Positions 1 to 15,375 are shown, counted from the first letter of the stretch. The stretch is 64,000 nt of DNA from the human T2T-CHM13v2.0 reference genome, Homo sapiens (GCF_009914755.1 NC_060925.1), one strand, 5' to 3'. The notes: generated from the letters alone by a model not told the origin. Made by a program: numbers and translations.

Positions 1-855
1 ATGGCATAATTTTACCTATTTACCTTTTATGTGAAATTAGCCCGAATCAGGAGTCACAGCTTAACCTGTTTATATGGGTGAAACTTTCCATATTGTGAGA
101 TGTTGTTTTTACTAGCAAAGTAACAAGAAATGAAGAACCTTCCAGAGTTTGTAACTTACTGCCTTGCTATGAAAATGATACTTCAGATACAGTGATGTGT
201 TTATAATGTCTCCTTTTGCGTAGGATAAATGCTGTATCTGTATATGTATGGGCAAAATTCAGAAAACTATTAATCATACACAATGTATACAGACATACGT
301 ATATTCTCATTCTCCCTCTCTCCCTCCCCCTCCTTCCACCTGCCTCTCTCCCCCGCTTTCTTTCTTATTTCCTTTGTTTCCCAAAATGAATTCTACCTTT
401 ATTAACTCAGTTGAATTTTCAGCAAGTGTCTACTAATTGAGACAGAATCTACTGTTCTTCAGTGCCGCTACTTAACTATATGCTCATCTCTTTCTACTCA
501 TATCTCTGTTTTATATTTTTACTTGGGACGTTATTGCATGGTAATTAAGAATACTGGCCTAGGAATCTGACCGGTTAATGTTTCAATAACTGACCAGTAG
601 CTTGATTCCTTCAACAAATATTTCAGTGCTTATTGTATTAGGCATTGTTTTAGGCACTTAAGAAAATCTAGGCTCTGAGAAGTTAACTGTAAAAGCCCTT
701 CCTCATGTAGCTGTGTTTAGGATTAAGTGAGATAATGTATATAATTGCTGAGCACGTTGGAATCTGTCGATTTATGTAAACTATTTCTTATTATCTTCAA
801 ACCTTTTAATGACTTGGAACTCTCAAAGTGAAAAAGTAAGTATGAACAGGTATAA

Positions 856-1167
<312 letters not shown>

Positions 1168-1599
1168 TAAACTGTTTTCTTGAATTAAGTTTCAGGATTG
1201 ACAGCCTTCATTATAACATGTCCCATGTAATTAGCATCATGACCACTATCACAAACATACTGATAAATATAGTACAGGACCCAGATTTCAGCACCTGTTA
1301 CATAGAGCCATTTGTTTTTTTCCCCTCTTATCCGTAGCTGCCCTCCACAAATATGGATAATGGACCGAGAGTAGACTGTGCTGTGTCTGCCCATACTCTG
1401 AATCATATTGCCAATCTCCTACTCATCCTGCCTCTTGAGAATCCTGAGCACAGGACACCTGAGATAGCAAAAGGTCCTTCCTGTAGTAAAAGGCTTACAG
1501 AGTCAAATGGCTGGAGCGGTGTGAGAATATGGACTCAGGAACTTTGGAATTGGGAGTACATTTTAGATTAGAAGATAGCATGTAAAGGAAGAAGGAGAG

Positions 1600-2091
1600 A
1601 ATTTTTGTGGGTCAGGCATCTGGGCATGGCTCAGGTGGGTCCTCACAAGGTTGCAATTAAGATATTGGTCAGAGCTACAGCCTCATCTGAAGGTTCAACT
1701 GGGGAAGCATATGCTGCCAAGCTCACTCACACAGTTGTTGACTGGACTCAGTTCCTTACTGGTGGTCGAACCGAGGACCCTGGTTTCTTCCTGGCAGTTG
1801 GCCAGAGGCTGTTCTCCATTCCTTGCCATGTGGACTTCTCTGGCTTGCTTCAGAGCAAGCACATGAGAAGAGCCAGATAGTGTTCCAGCTGGAAAGGAGT
1901 ATTAGCAAGACAGAGTCACAGCTTTTGTAACCTAATTGCAGAAGTGACATCTCATCCCTTTTTCAGTATTCTGTTTATTAGAAGCAAGTCACTTGGTCCA
2001 CCCCACACTCAAGGGGAAGGGGCTACACAAGGGTACAAATAGCAGGAGTTCATGAATCATTGGATGGCCATCTTACAAATCCACCTATCAC
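1600..2091 (-). mobile_element. MLT1-family (ERVL-MaLR) LTR remnant
   Basis: tgtgggtcaggcatctggg..., tcatctgaagg..., caaggggaagggg..., and end ggccatctta...cctatcaca resemble reverse-strand MLT1 LTRs. Confidence 0.75.
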
Positions 2092-2631
2092 CTACCTACT
2101 GAAAGCCTTCAGTAAGCTTTAAGAGCATACAGGAGCCCTGACACCCAAAAATTAGAGAACTGCTGATCTAAATGTATGTTACATTGGTGGAACATGTATG
2201 GGAGATATAATACCTTCCTTAAAAAGTTCTTCTCTAGGATAAGATCTTGGGCCTTGGAAGCCTGTATATGGGGAGTGCAGGTAAAATCAGGAAAGCCTCC
2301 CCTTTTTGTCAACTTCAGTTTCTGGAGAGAGGGATCTTAATACTACATAGCTGTCTTCTAACATCTTTTAGGAAGTAACACAACTATGACAGGAACAGTA
2401 GTGAATGTTAGAAAAAATAAAAGGTCTGAGAGAGGAGAATAGGAGCATATTCTTGCAAAGCAGAAATAAAACTTTTTAAAAAAATCCGTGCCCTTCAGTG
2501 AAACTTTTTTTTAAAGGATCTTTGTATGTTACCTTATGGGAAACTCTAGAAATCAACTCTAAAAATGAAATTTTGAGTAACAATTTTTAGAATGGTTGTT
2601 AAAATGGCTAAAAGCTATTATGTGACTCAAA

Positions 2632-3247
<616 letters not shown>

Positions 3248-3949
3248 TCAACTCAAATAATTTCTGAAAATTGTGATAGGATTTTATTGTTTATGGTAGT
3301 CATTCAGTCTGAACAAGAAGCTATGTTTTTCATACTCAGTCCTTACTAAATGGACAGACAAAAAAATACTTTCTGAAAATCTAAGTTTATTTCTGCTTAC
3401 AAATCTAAAAATAAGCAAGGTTATTGAGAAGAATTTGATGTCAGTTAAACTGTATTGTAATATCTAAGATTCATGTACAAAAATAGAAGTAATGATAATA
3501 ATGATAGAACATTAAACAACAAATGAGCCCTTCTATCAGATTTATTGTTGTTGAGAAGGTTGTCCTTAAGTCACTTTGAATTTTTTTTTCATGAAGACCC
3601 ACCTAGGAGATTTCTTTCAAATCCTAAATACCTGAAAAAAGTTTTGCTTTTCTTGAGAAATCAAATGCTGCTGTTCCCCCTTTCCTCCTAAAGCAAAGTT
3701 TAGAACATTTTCTTCTTTGCTTTAGCCACCAGGAGTCTTAGTGCCAAGTTTATGCCTCAGTTGAATAACTTTACATATTTACATTCGAAATATATGCTCA
3801 TTTAATCTTCTATATTGTTCCTTGTTTCTGATTTCTGTGTGTTTTACTTTTCTCTTTAGGTCTTTGCTTAAAAAATATTGAATGAAATTATTATTATAAA
3901 ATTTTTTAGTGAACTTAGAAAATTGTTAGCTTCACAAATAATCTAAGAA

Positions 3950-4420
3950 GTATAAATTAACACTGAGAAACATTTAAAATCAGATTGTAAGAAATGAAAA
4001 TAATGATGATTTTCAGTGCTGACTGACAAATGCAGTAAATTGGACACTCATATCTGTTAATGGAAGTGTAAACCTGTGCAGTCTTTTTGTAGTGACTTAA
4101 AACATATACCTTAAGGAAATTCCTTAAGTTTGGAAAAAGCTATGAACAAAGGTGCTTATCTGTCCTTCATTTTAAAAAGGTGAAATTTGGAAATAACCTA
4201 AATGGAACTGTTAAATGAGCTATTATATACCTATGTACTTTATGGAAGGAGTAATACTGTATTTTTAAAAATCATCAAAATGAAACTGACCCAGTAATCC
4301 CATAGACAGTAAATCGATTAGTTTATACTTTTAGATGCTTTAGGATATAAATAAATTGGTAACTGTGAACCACGTGCTATAGAGTTTAATGCTAAATGTA
4401 ATTTTACAAGTAAATCAGGT
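3950..4420 (+). mobile_element. Ancient L1M (L1ME-like) 3' region remnant
   Basis: Degenerate aattggacactcata...ggaagtgtaaa, aaatttggaaataacctaaatg motifs typical of old L1 3' ends. Confidence 0.5.

Positions 4421-4452
<32 letters not shown>
4421..4452. repeat. (TA)n(TG)n microsatellite
   Basis: tatatatatgtgtgtgtg... read directly. Confidence 0.9.
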
Positions 4453-4458
4453 ATTGAA

Positions 4459-4751
4459 TTTTTTTTTTTTCCTTAAAGAAACAGGGTCTCACTCTGTCGC
4501 CCAGGATGAAGTGCAGAGGTGAGATCAGGGCTCACTGCACTCTCAACCTTCTGGGCTTAAGTGATGTAACTGCCTCAGCTTCTCAAGTAACTGAGACCAT
4601 AGGCATGTGCCACCATGCCTGGATAATTTTGTTTTATTTTTTGTAGAGACGGTTGCCCAGGCTAGTCTCAAACTCCTGGCCTTGAGTGATCCTTCTGCCT
4701 CGACCTCCCAAAGTTCTGTGGGATTACAAGTGTGACCTGCCACACCCAGCC
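4459..4751 (-). mobile_element. AluJ, diverged
   Basis: poly(T), acagggtctcactctgtcgcccagg...gattacaagtgtga...cccagcc. Confidence 0.9.
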
Positions 4752-5280
4752 TGTGATACAATTTTTATATCTCCGAATTTTAAAATGTTTGGATTTGTAA
4801 AGGATTCTTCTAAAATGGCATATATTCTAATCTTTACCTAAATTTCCTCGTTACCCAACTTTTTCCTCATCCAAAGCTTCTTTTTGTTGTTGTTTCAAAC
4901 CTGAAAATATCCATCCCCACTTGAGTTTCAGTTTTGAGCTATATAGTACTTACTAGGCTTCTATCAATTGGAACATTGACCTGTTTATAGTTTTTTTTTA
5001 AAATTCTGTCTATAGTACAATGATCCAGTATACATACTATTCCATACTGTTAACTTTGGTGTAGGAATTCTGTTGTTGGTCAGTAAGGTAAGTGGAATAT
5101 GTCTTTATGACTTATTGGAAAAGACAAACCTAGCTTGGCTTTTCTACGTGTTTTACATATGTACCTTTGAAAAGGTATGCTTAAATATTAAACAAAAAGT
5201 ACAAGTAGAATATTTATACCATGCAATCAAACTGTGCAGATTTTGAATGTTTAAATTTTGCCATGTTTAACTTTTTTAAG

Positions 5281-5334
5281 GTTGCATGCAGAGAGATAAA
5301 ACAACAATGGACACTAGTCAGATTCTCATAACCA
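5281..5334 (+). other. Weak candidate cassette exon (54 nt)
   Basis: tttaac branch-like motif, ttttttaag acceptor, cca|gtgagg donor; non-repeat sequence; acaATGG at 5307. Confidence 0.25.
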
Positions 5335-6129
5335 GTGAGGGGGAAGTATCTTTTTCTAATAATAGAATGATCTTTGGTTTGTGAAAAGAGGTGTGTAGTT
5401 GGAAGTTAATGTATTTTTCTTTACAGAGTATACAGCAGTTTACTCCTTTTAACCTGTTATCAGATTTATTTTGGAAAGAATTGTGTGAGTAATGTTCTGA
5501 ATTTAAAAAAGCATTGCAGGAAATTGATGTGTGATTATTCTTTTGAGTACAGTGCCCTTTAAGAACTCAGTGGGTAGTTATGTTTACTTGTTTAACTGCA
5601 TCACATTTATTCATGATAGACAAGACAGCAAGTTAGTAGATGAACTTAATGGATGAATTTGTTTTGCTTTGTTATACCTTGCAAGAAAGCACAAAACAAT
5701 CATCTAAGGCTTTATCGTCTAATTTCCATCAGGTACTGTGTTACACTGATTTGCATACATTGCTGGACTTATTTTTAACAGCCCCCTGAACTTTAAATAG
5801 AAAAGGTAGCTCCTATCCTGGAAGAACTCACAGTTCGGTAGGGAAAGGGAGGCAAGGAGCAGGAACAGATGAGTCAACTGAAATTATAATACCCTGTGAT
5901 AAATGCTGTGAAGGATATAAATCCTGTATGCTATGGAAGTAATGGAATAGGTTCACTTAACCCAGTAGTTTGTGGGGAGGAGGGAGAGGAAGAGTCAAGA
6001 AAGACTTCTCAAAGAAGATCCCCAGAGCTGAGGGATAATAGGAATTAGGTTGGGATAAGGCGGTTGAGGGGAGTATGTTCCTTGTAGTACTGAACAAACA
6101 CAAGAGCATCTAAGAGCATTTCAGTCTTT

Positions 6130-6385
6130 TAACTACAATAATAGGTAACATTTAATATACAGTGCTTATTATGTGCCAATTGCTATTCCAAGTGCTTTGT
6201 ATTTTCCATGTATTAACTCCTTTAATTTTCATAACAACTTTATTATGTAGGTATTATAATTATCCCCATTTTACAGATGAGGAAACTGAGGTACAGAAAG
6301 AGAAAATAACTTGTCTAGGATCACATGATGAGAAAGTAGAAGAACTAGGATTTAAACCCATGTTGTCTCATTTCGGAGTTTTGGC
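6130..6385 (-). mobile_element. MIR SINE
   Basis: Core tatccccattttacagatgaggaaactgaggtacaga...aacttgtctaggatcaca...ggatttaaaccca. Confidence 0.85.
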
Positions 6386-8500
6386 TTTTATTATGAGAAA
6401 AGTTAAACTCTGGATTGCACCGGAGATAAGTACCTGGGGTGAGAAAACCTTTTCAATTAATTCTTCTTACTGAAACACATATATTATTTTCTTAAAATCT
6501 GAAGCAGTGGATCCTATCCATTTTTTTCTGCCTCTGTAAGAATGTTTGGCATCCTTTATCTTCTCATCTCCAAGCTTTCCCTAGTAACCAGCCCTCTTAA
6601 ACTTCAGCATTCTCGAACTTCTCCCTTCTGTTTTCTCTAGATACCAGCCTTTTGCTTCCCCTTATCTCCAGACTTCTTTGTAAACTCCTCTAAACTCCCT
6701 GCCTCTGCTATATAACTTTCATTCCCTCCTCATCCCATTGAAATCTGGGTTCTAAAGAGAGATTTATGAGGAAACTTGCTAGGCAGTGTAGGGTTATGCC
6801 TTCTTTTTGTTTTTCTAATAGTGCTTGACAGGTCAAGGTGTAGAAGTAGGAGTGGAGATGGCAGCCCTCCAGGATTGGGGTCTTTGTTAGGATGTGGAAC
6901 AGAAGGACAGGGGAGCAAGGGAGTGGAAAGTCTTGACAGGAATGTCATTCATGGACCCTGTGGTCTCAGTAGAATTTAGAAGGAAGTGAAGACGGGAGTG
7001 AATTGATGGTCTAGGGGAAAATGGAAGAGCAGGAGGTCAGGTGAATTGCAGAACAGCTCTTTAATGGGAGTAAAAGAGCCAGAGGTCTGGGAGTATTGAG
7101 GTAGTATTGGGAGAGTTTAAAGTTTTAGAGGAGGAACTGTCCTGAGTGATACATTTCAAGATCTGGTGGTCATTGGTGTGAATGACTGAAGTGACAGTCG
7201 TGAGAGTTCATGCTGACTCACCTACAGTGAGGATGGGCCTTGTGTGTGCAGTGGAGCACTGTGATGAGCAATGAAATAATGAAAGCATCATTTGCAAGAT
7301 GGTGTTACCTTTGCCCACTTCTTGCTGTCAGATGGTAGATACTTATTTCATTAACAGGAGTTATGTTTATTTTTGTAATTGACATTTTATTCTTGTTTGC
7401 ATAGAATAATGCAAAATCTTCATTGAAAAGGAGCAGTATCTGTAGTATCAAATTCTTTTGTGTGTCATTTTTTTTTTCAGTATATTTTCTAACATAACAC
7501 TTAACATTAGCAGTATTTTGACCTTTTCTGTCATTCTGGACAATCTGTTCTGGCATTTTCCTTCCGGAAAATAGAGAAGAGAAAAAAATATGAGATGAAG
7601 AACAAATGGTTGGGCACTCATCTTTAATTTTGATTGTTAGAATTGTTTAGGTTGTTAGAATTCTGGTTGTTAGAATTGTTGTAGATGTTTGGGGAACATC
7701 CATCATGGATCAGATAGAAAAGAAAACAGTGTTTTTGGCTTATTATTACTTTGCTTTTTGTTTTAATTTTATATAGTTATAATGTTACAAATATTTCTCA
7801 ATTTAAATTATAGTGTTTAAATTTTAGGTAAGAATGGAAAATGATGCCTGTTAACATTTTTATTCTTGAGAATGTTGCCACAGGAACATTAGAGAAAAAA
7901 AGTAATCTTGTGTTTTGAGAGAATTCATTTGTTGTTGACATTCCCCTCAGAGGATACTACTTTGATATGTACAAATAACAAAGGTAGCAATATGGTTTGT
8001 TGGTTTTCTTTAAACTTTGGCATAGCCAAACCTTTAGTGGACCCTGGAGGCATTTTCTTATCAACAAAGTGGATCAAACTGACTCTAAAAGTGGTTTCTA
8101 GTAATCTGGTAAACAGAAGAAACATATAAGGGCCCAGCATATCCTAAACATTTCAATTTTCTGATATACTAGAGCACTGTTTTTAAAAATGGATTTTAAT
8201 AACATTGTCTTCTTAGTTATAAGTTATTTTATTTCTCCAAATTTTGTTACCTTCCCTAATTATGCTCAGTTTAGGAGCATAAATGAACACATATACACAG
8301 ACTTTATTTTGCTGGAATTCTAAAAGCAAATTAAGACATTATTTTAGTAGTTTCAGAATTGTGTTCCTCAAGAGAACAGTAAAGATTTAAGTAACAACAG
8401 TTTTGGTTAATAACAGTGAAATTTTCTTTTTGTGAGGTGTATTATAAGAACATCTCATATGAGTAGAACATGAGGTATTTTAGCTTTAAAGCTAATCTTG

Positions 8501-8815
8501 GGCCAAGTGTGGTGGCTCATGCCTGTAATCCCAGCACTTTGGGAGACAGAAGCAGGTGAATCACTTGAGCCCAGGAGTGTGAGACCAGCCTGCCCAACAT
8601 GTGAAACCCCCATCTCTACAAAAAAATCCAGAAATTAGCCGGTGTGGTAGCAAGCGCCTGTGGTCCCAGCTATTCAGGAGGCTGAGGTGGGAGGATTGAT
8701 TGAGCCCAGTAAGTCAAGGCTGCAGTGAGCTGAGATCATGCCACTGCACTCCAGCCTGGGTGACAGAGGGAGACCTTGTCATAAACAAACAAACAAATAA
8801 ATAAATAAATAAAAT
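8501..8815 (+). mobile_element. AluJ, full length with TSD
   Basis: ggccaagtgtggtggctcatgcctgtaatccc...; (caaa)/(taaa) tail; aagctaatcttg on both sides. Confidence 0.95.
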
Positions 8816-9196
8816 TAAGCTAATCTTGAATTCATTTGTACTTAACTAATTAGGCCTAGTATTTGTCAAATTCATATATTATTTGGTAGAGTATGGAGGG
8901 AAATATACTTAAGTGTTAGTTTGGAGAGGTAGTTTTAGTATGTTATTGGGGAATTTTTACTTTTGACTTTCCCTCATGGTCTCTGTATATCAAGTACTAG
9001 GAAAACAGCATTTTTCCATTAAAGGGCTCATACTTCTTGGAACTTCTGGTCTGACAGGCTGATCTTGTTTGTGTGACTACATAGGCTATGTTTAGGTTTC
9101 TTTACGTATTAGGCTTTACAAAGAAGATGAAAACACCATATCACTTTTGTCATCACGGAACATATTACAGGTTTCATAATGGATAACGTAAAATAA

Positions 9197-9885
<689 letters not shown>

Positions 9886-10799
9886 TGAATCTGTTTTTAA
9901 TGTTAATTTTTTATTTTTCTCACTGAAGGGGAACCAGCGCCCTATTAAACTCCATTGTTGGTAATTTGAGAACACAAACCAATTAATATCTATATTCTGA
10001 ATAATTATATAGTTAAGGTGCAGCTTTTATTATATCTGGCTTTTTACTTTGTTGCAAACTCCAAACCAAAGAATGTTCATAACTGTCCTACAGCAGTGAA
10101 ATGAATTAAAGTAATTCTGGTCATTAGAAAATCTTTAAATTATTTTAAGAATACGTAACTGACTGTGATAACTTCTTGTTTATAACAGGTTAACATGGAT
10201 GACTAGTTTATAGCTTTTGATCTTATGTGTAATGACACTGGGAAGAAAACATGTATCCCTCTAAGGTAGCATTTCTGTTATTTCTATGCCCAAAGACTGT
10301 GCTGACCGCCATTTTGCCAGAAGCTTTGAACACTGTTGACTGATTGATGTGTACATCTAATTCAGATTTACATAATCTAATTGGACCCTTGGGTTCTTAA
10401 AAAATGGCCTTCTTTTATCACCATATGTGTTCATTACAATGCATATTTTAAAATGAGATGGCCCAAAGAGCATGCTATGATGAATTTACTGTTGAAATAC
10501 TTGTGAAACTTGGATAAACCTAATTATCAAGGGACAGTTTCACTTAAGAGGGCAAAAGTTTCACTTCAAAGAAAAGCCTACTGCTCTTGCTTTTAATGGT
10601 TTGAATTATGTTTTTATCTTTCATCAGCCCAAGAGTTTGTACTTCAGGGTCAGAAACAAAACTTGGAGCCTCTGTGAATCCTGTAATCATTTACTAACTC
10701 TCTTGTAGAACAAGATGTCATTTTTTCCTACTATTCTGTTTCATTCTTTATTTTTCTGCCCCCCCCAAACACACAGGAGAGTGGAACTTGGGATTATAA

Positions 10800-11119
<320 letters not shown>

Positions 11120-12344
11120 TAAGAAAGAAAGTTTATCTTAGGTCCTCCTTCCCCCATACCCCATTTTAATTTGGTGCCAGGTTTGCCTGTCTCTGTGGAG
11201 AAAAGAATAGAAATGTTGGCTGAGGGAAAGTTTTTATGTCTCCTCTAATACGTATTTCATTTTTTTCTATTTGCTCCTTGCTTTTCTAATACAGGTAGGA
11301 TAAAGAGGCAACTTCAGGAATACCCAGACTTTAGCTCCATCTAGGAATTTTTATTGGTTTGTTTTTTGACTAGAGTGTAGAATGGAAGCTCTTTTGGCTG
11401 GGTTGGGTCCTTGGGCAAAATATTTCAGACTCCTGTATTATATGGTGAATTAAATTGCTTCACTGGCACTTTTTCTTTTTTAAAGCCTGTTCACACTTTA
11501 TACAGTTTTTGAAGAGGAAAACTTTGGATAGTGCTCTTTCAAACCAGGCAAATGCCTCGGTTTCTTTTAAAAAATCTTTGTAAAATAATAATATTAGTCT
11601 GACTTAAAGGTTATGATGGAATACATATAAAACATTTGGGAGTCTCAATTCTATTTAATGTAGGTTCGATCAATGTTACTAATGTGCTTTAGCTGCAATA
11701 TATTAATATTTGTTTCTTAGCATCCTGAGGCTAGCCACTTGCCTCTTGTTCACCTTACTAGTACAACTAAACTAGTGTCTGGCCCTGAAGGTGGGCAGAA
11801 AATATTCATTAAATTGAATTTTGATGTAGGGATAATTCTGTTTCTTTGTGTCTTGCCTAAGTTTAATTCATGTCATAGTCATGTTTCACATGTATCTTAA
11901 TTCTTACTGCATAAAATGTTCATGCAAAAGGCAGTATTAATTTTACTCATTGTTAACAATCAGCAAGTACTATTCAGAGTCTGACTCATAACCATAGAGT
12001 ATCTTGATGCTATAATCAGAAACATTTATTATCCCTGGCTTTAGCAGTTGAACTTACAGGATAATGTTTAGTTCTCATTATCAGAGAAAAAGGTGATTCA
12101 GGTAATTTCTTCATTTGTTCGTTTCTCTATCCCTCTACCCCAGTGTCTTGAAAAAATACTTAGCTAGAATGCTCAAAAATGGTGTGTTAGCATTCATTTT
12201 CTTCCATTAGGTGATTTTTGTTGACTATCATTAATAGCAATATGTAAGACTTACTATTCATTTGCCTATTTATTCATTCTACAACATTTATTGTTTTTCT
12301 ACTGCCAGGAACAATTTGAAGTGCTGGATATATTTAGTGGGAAT

Positions 12345-12518
12345 TGGTTTTCTTAGGCAGATTATCATCTGTTTGTGAAGCTTTTTCACAGTGTACGTGC
12401 CTGGCCCCAAATCTAGGAGATTCTTGTTTGGTATATTTGGTGTGGTGTAAGTTCAGGCATCTGTATTTTTACAGAGCTTTTCAAATGACTCTAATGCACG
12501 TTTGCTTTTGAGTACCAT
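12345..12518. mobile_element. MER5B-like hAT MITE within an L2 remnant
   Basis: caggcatctgtattttt...atgactctaatgcac...ttgagtacca. Confidence 0.55.
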
Positions 12519-13519
12519 AGGAATAAAACAAGTCTCATTCAATAGGTACTCAAAATAGGTAAATGCAGTAAAGTTTCATAGATGCTGTAAGAGAAACTGT
12601 TGGTATAGTGTGGGCACAAAGCAAGAAGTCCTACTAGGTACCTCAGGAAAGGTTTCCTAAGAATAGAAATGCCTAGCTGAATCTTGTTCTCCTAAGTGTT
12701 TTAGAGTAGGTGGAACCCATGAATCTATAGATTAGCCTAAGTAAATTCCAGTATGCAGGGCAATGTGAACAAAAAGAGAGAGGTGTGAAACAGCTTACAG
12801 CATTTTGGAAATTGCAAGTAGTTGGCATGATTGAATTACTAGATGAGGATGGTTAAAAATAAGATAGTTTTTATGGTGCTGAAAACAAGCATACATTAAA
12901 GAATATGAAGAAAGGAGAATAAGAGTAGACTTGAACTTTAGAAAGATGACAGTGATGGTATGAAGCATAGATTGGAGTGGTATGAGAATGGAGGTAGGGA
13001 AATGGGTTGACATAGCCACAAGAATCCATACAAGAGCAATTCAGAGGCCTCAACTAAAGGAGTCGCAGTTGGAGAGGAAGAGGATTGGAAAAAAGAACCA
13101 TAAGGAGGTGGAATCTTTGAGAATCGGTGACTGACTGGATTTAGGAGACAAGAAAGACGAAGTAATTTCTCACCTATATGAAGAATATGGTTGATGTGCC
13201 AAACATCAAGGTGAGGGTTTTAAGGGGATGATTAGGTTTTAAAAGAAGATAATGCAGATGGGAGGAGGAAATGGGAACAGGGAGGCATTTACCTTGGATA
13301 AGAGAAGGTGTAGAGAACATCTGTGTTTTTGCTTGGAGGGACTCACTCCTTTCCTACTTTTAGTCCGTGCTTACGGGGTGGTGTTTACTTTGCTTCAGGA
13401 TTCAGGATTGTGTTCCCCTAGTTACATGGTTGGTTCAAGGTGGGCACATTACTCTAGTGAAGCCAGTCACAGCTTTTGCTTTTGTTTGAGCTGTAGGAGA
13501 AAGATTCTTTGTGCTTAAA

Positions 13520-13814
13520 CCTAGGGGCTGATGAAGGATGAGAGTGGTTCTACAACTTATCTGGCCATCAACGGGAAGCCTGAGAATAAGAAAATACAAA
13601 GAGAGGCAAGCTGAGTGTGTTGGGGGTAGAAGAGAAGAGAGAGGGAAAAGGGAGAAGTATCAGGTTGTGAAGGCATTGCCTGAGTGTCAGAAATGAACTC
13701 TACTTCTGGCTATTCTAGTTCCTTGAGACAATAAATTTCTTCTTTTTTTTTTTTTTTTGCTGAGTTTGTGTTGGGTTTTCTGTTCTTTGAGATTGATAGG
13801 GTCCTAACTGGTAT
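13520..13814 (+). mobile_element. Old MLT1 (J/K-like) LTR 3' part
   Basis: gagacaataaatttcttc...gttgggttttctgttc...gtcctaactggtata. Confidence 0.6.
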
Positions 13815-15151
13815 AGAAATGATAATAATTGTTGTTGAAGCAGGAGACTAGATGATGGAGATAACATAACTTTTTAGATGAAGAATTGTTGAGGATATTC
13901 ACACCAAATAACTTTGAATTTCAACTTGAGAATAACTGAGGTTAAGTGACTAACTGAAAGTCATGCAGCTGAGAGTAGAATTCAGATCTCAGAATCTTCA
14001 GCTTAGTGAGTTTATACCATATCATCTCACTTACGCCACCCGAAAAGTTACGAAATGATAGTCTTTGGATGTGTTGCCTTTGAATAAGGGAGAGTAATTT
14101 ATTTATTTATTTTTTCCCCTTGGTGGTTGTATTTGGAAAACTTTGGGATGTAGCAGTACAATGACTTTCCTGCTCTGAAGAGCCTGAGTGAATGCCTATT
14201 GATATATTAGAGTCTGGGTGCACTGGTTATAACTACACAAATCTTTATTTTGAGGCAGTCATAATTTTGAGTTGCTTCAGGGAGAGAGATACTTATAAAG
14301 CAGTAAAAACATGTCCGAATGTGACTGTACCTTTTCACTGTCTGGATGTGCTTGTGGAAAATGTCTCCCTAGGACCTTTAATTTTGTTCCTAAATTTACA
14401 ACAGAGCCACTTCTTGATGCTATCTATTGCTCAAGGTACTGTTGGCGATAAGATTGTTATTAAGTTGGGTAGGTGAGCTGTAGACTGTGTCCTGCAGGGA
14501 ACCATTTATTGTTTTGTACAAGAATAGGTAGTGGTGAGGAATCAGGTCTCATTTTGGGCATCAAATGGTCTCTCACTTTAAAATCTGACATTGGCACTAC
14601 TTTTTCTTTGATTTAAACAGAAAGACCAGCAGATGTTCATGTGAGCATGAGGATAACTTAAAAACAACCATTTTTTTTTAAGGCATTGGCTCTATTTTAT
14701 TTGCTCTATGAAAAGTAAAAACAAGGAAGAGCACTACAGTAACACATACACCTATGTCCAAATGATGAGAGGTGGATGGCATTTTGGCCTGATGTCAGTT
14801 ACTATAATTCTTTCCCCAGAAATGTCTTTCTTTTGAGCCCTGACGTCGATTTTCAGTTGAAAATGTTGGAACCGTATAGGGCTGAACATACATAGTAGCT
14901 TCAAATCTAAAGAAATTTGCTGAGAAGTGAAATAAACTTTTATTAAAACTATTTGAGGCAAAAGGGTATTGAAGAAAATGGGAAATGTAAACTATAAGTG
15001 ATTGCATTGTAGGAAATATTAAGGGATCTATTTAGACAAGACTTTGGCAACTAGAGGTAATAATAATGGCCAACATTTAATGAACACTGATGATGTGCCT
15101 GACACTGCTAAACTGTGTTATCTTATTTAATACTCAAGTCTTGGAAGCAGG

Positions 15152-15375
15152 TTTTTTTTTTTTTTTTTAAAGGCAAGGTCTTGCTCTGTCTCCCAGGCTG
15201 GAGTGCAGTGGTGTAATTATGGCTCAGTTCACCCTCAACCTCCTGAGGTCAAGTGATTCTTCCTCCTCAGCCTCCTGAGTAGCTGGGACTACAGGTGCGT
15301 GCCATCATGCCTGGATAATTTTTTTTTTTAAATTTATTTTCTGTAGAGACAGGGTCTCACTATGTTGCCAGGCTA
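15152..15375 (-). mobile_element. Truncated AluJ inserted in a MIR (MIR ~15055-15545)
   Basis: Alu ends at tatgttgccaggct; MIR continues with ccattttacaaaagaggag...atttgcccaagg. Confidence 0.85.

Noticed and set aside
310-372. C/T-rich tract as a promoter element
   Set aside because: Low-complexity sequence with no CpG island; the window has no evident promoter
7261-7267. Box C motif as a C/D snoRNA
   Set aside because: No suitably placed CTGA box D or terminal stem seen
7634-7680. gttgttagaatt repeated three times
   Set aside because: Short slippage repeat with no further structure
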